Part shown: positions 62,041 to 64,000 of the stretch, piece by piece
How the letters are laid out: the number at the start of each line of letters is the position of its first letter
Position numbering within the stretch: position 1 is the stretch's first letter
Source of the DNA: Ylistrum balloti
Lineage: Eukaryota
Length of the DNA stretch: 64,000 bases
Direction of reading: 5' to 3'
NCBI RefSeq assembly: GCF_031769215.1
Contig: NW_026782055.1
Location: 992,001-1,056,000 of the forward strand
Position numbers and translations under genes: made by a program
Notes under the pieces: model-generated
Seen by the model: only the letters and a program-made list of their open reading frames with translations
Database searches by the model: none
What the model was told of the DNA's origin: nothing

Positions 62041-63077
62041 AGCATTCTAATTCCCCGGAAAAAAACACCAATGTTTTCCGTGTTAAGCTTACATATCACA
62101 GCGTTGTATATGTAGCCTCTCTGTTGAAGACACACAATTTATCATCAACAATTGTATCGGACAAAGAATGAACCTTTCTCGTGAACTGAAGGAATATGTG
62201 CTACGTTTAATTTGCATCTGTTTGGAGATACTTCTCTCTCCGAAGAGGAAAAATAACAATAATCATACACACTCAGCACTATATTAGTGGTTCGGACAGA
62301 TCCTAGTAACACTCATGGCCCGTCCTGTTGTCCCTCTCACTCCGAGTCATTTTAACCATATCTACATGTTTTATGTAAAATGTATATAATAATAAAACAG
62401 TTGCTATAATATAAGAACGTAATAAAGTACGTACTTGGCCTTTCCCTGTGTATATGGACTTAATTGAAATACTAGAAAACCACGTAAATGAGCCAGAGTA
62501 TGTACTATTTGTAGCTGTCTCGTGATAACGAAACAAGACAGTCCATCGATAAATCCGTGTCATCCTTGTCATGTTGTAGATACATATGCTTGTAATTTGA
62601 TAGGAAATGACTTAATGGAAGTTTGATAACTTGTGCCCAATTCATTTTCATGACAAAATATGCTTTAAGAATAATCATATCATAATAGACTTGGCTTCCT
62701 GCACGTAGGCTACACGGACGCTGGTACTAGCCACATCGCCTGTTAGTCCTTATAAATTATATGCCTTTGGCATGTTGTTTGTTCACACCATTTCAATTTT
62801 TCTTTAATATACTTTTGTTAGTTTCTCAGTAATTCAAGTTTCATACTTTTTTGTTCGTTTCTCCAATAAAACACCAGTTCATTCCTAAATTGCGAAGCAG
62901 CGGATCTCTATATTTGGGCCAATCGAAATTTCCCGCGAAATTTAGATGAGACATTCGGATGATCTCGTGAATGGTTCCGAACGGGGAAAAATGTCAACAA
63001 TCAGCAGATGTTTCAGACGGTCTTAAAGGTTTGATGATCGTCCTGCAGTCCACAGCGCGTGCGTTTCGTGTACTTAC

Positions 63078-63230
63078 ACGGGCCAACGTGCGCATCCTCA
63101 TCAACGACTGTGACTCGATAAGACTGTCACTGGGTTGCGTTTTGCGTAATCGTACAGCTACACACCTAATACAGACCAGGTACTGTCCAGGTACCCAACA
63201 GACACCGATATTGTTTGTAAACAAGTGACA
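63078..63230 (-). other. Candidate non-coding first exon/promoter-proximal CpG-rich segment, possibly of the SULT gene
   Basis: CpG-rich segment ending in CGT|gtaagt at 63078/63077; would pair with the acceptor at 55480. Inference only; 5' boundary approximate. Confidence 0.35.
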
Positions 63231-64000
63231 CGGAAATAAAACATTTCAACCATTTGTAATTCAGTGATACACATTAGTGTTCCATGTTGAATATTAGCGA
63301 TCATATTGCCCACGAGTACCAGCTAGCTTACAAGTAATTTAATGCTCCGCGTTACAAGCTAAGGGAGGTAACCAAACTTTGTTCACGCTATTTTTGTGGA
63401 CTATCTATGTGCTTGTAGTATTAAAGTTTACATAGTAACAATACCATACGATTATAAGTGTAAGACCATCCTACGTTGATATATGAAGTTTAATTAAGTG
63501 TTATCAACAATTTAAAACACTTGGTGTATGAAATATCGCGAAGCAGCTTCAAACTTGATCTTAAACAGTTTAAATATTTATTATTGTAAACAAGAGGAAG
63601 ACTATACATTAATGTAATACATGGAGAATGACATAGCTAACTATGATATTTCTCCATACTGTTGACCACGTTGTAATCGTGTGAACACTCTAGAGATAAA
63701 GTGATGTCACTTTTGTCTCAAAAAAAATGAAAAATATTCGGGCAAAATTTAACAAAAGTTGCTTAATACTGAGGGAAAAAGTGATTCACATTCAGCAAAG
63801 GTATTCAGCAGGAAAAAAAGAAATTATTTAGTATCACACATCAATTTCAACAGGACCTTTAAACAAACACTGTGAATTGTATATACTGTTACTATTTTTA
63901 TTAAGAAGGAAAGTGTTTGTAAACATCAAGTGAAAGATAAAATGTTGGGGGTGTTTGGGGTGGAGCGGTGTGACATACATGTAACTCTCAAGTTCATGGC

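Overview
Eukaryotic genomic DNA, AT-rich with spliceosomal introns. The repeat types suggest a bivalve mollusc (inference). Two complete multi-exon genes lie on the minus strand, both assembled by hand from splice sites with consistent phases. (1) An executioner caspase (caspase-3/7-like): 5 coding exons, 9155..34081, 343 aa, SHG and QACRG motifs, one 19.4-kb intron. (2) A cytosolic sulfotransferase: 6 coding exons, 46146..55432, 314 aa, YPKSGTHW and RKGxxGDWKN motifs. A probable last coding exon of an unidentified plus-strand gene sits at 981..1164. About 45% of the window (rough manual sum, ~29 kb) is roughly 25 different minisatellite arrays with 16-94 bp units. The remainder includes decayed retroelements (Tx1-like and CR1/L2-like LINEs, Penelope-like RT fragments), tRNA-derived SINEs and non-autonomous Helentron-like/MITE remnants. 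The most unusual features are two. First, SULT exon 4 has both splice junctions amplified into 41-bp tandem arrays: about 70 extra donor copies and 6 extra acceptor copies, the latter carrying stop codons in all three frames. Second, a 5'-truncated Tx1-like LINE block appears to split a 23-bp minisatellite. I see no prokaryotic features and no CRISPR, and I cannot claim a new biological system from sequence alone.
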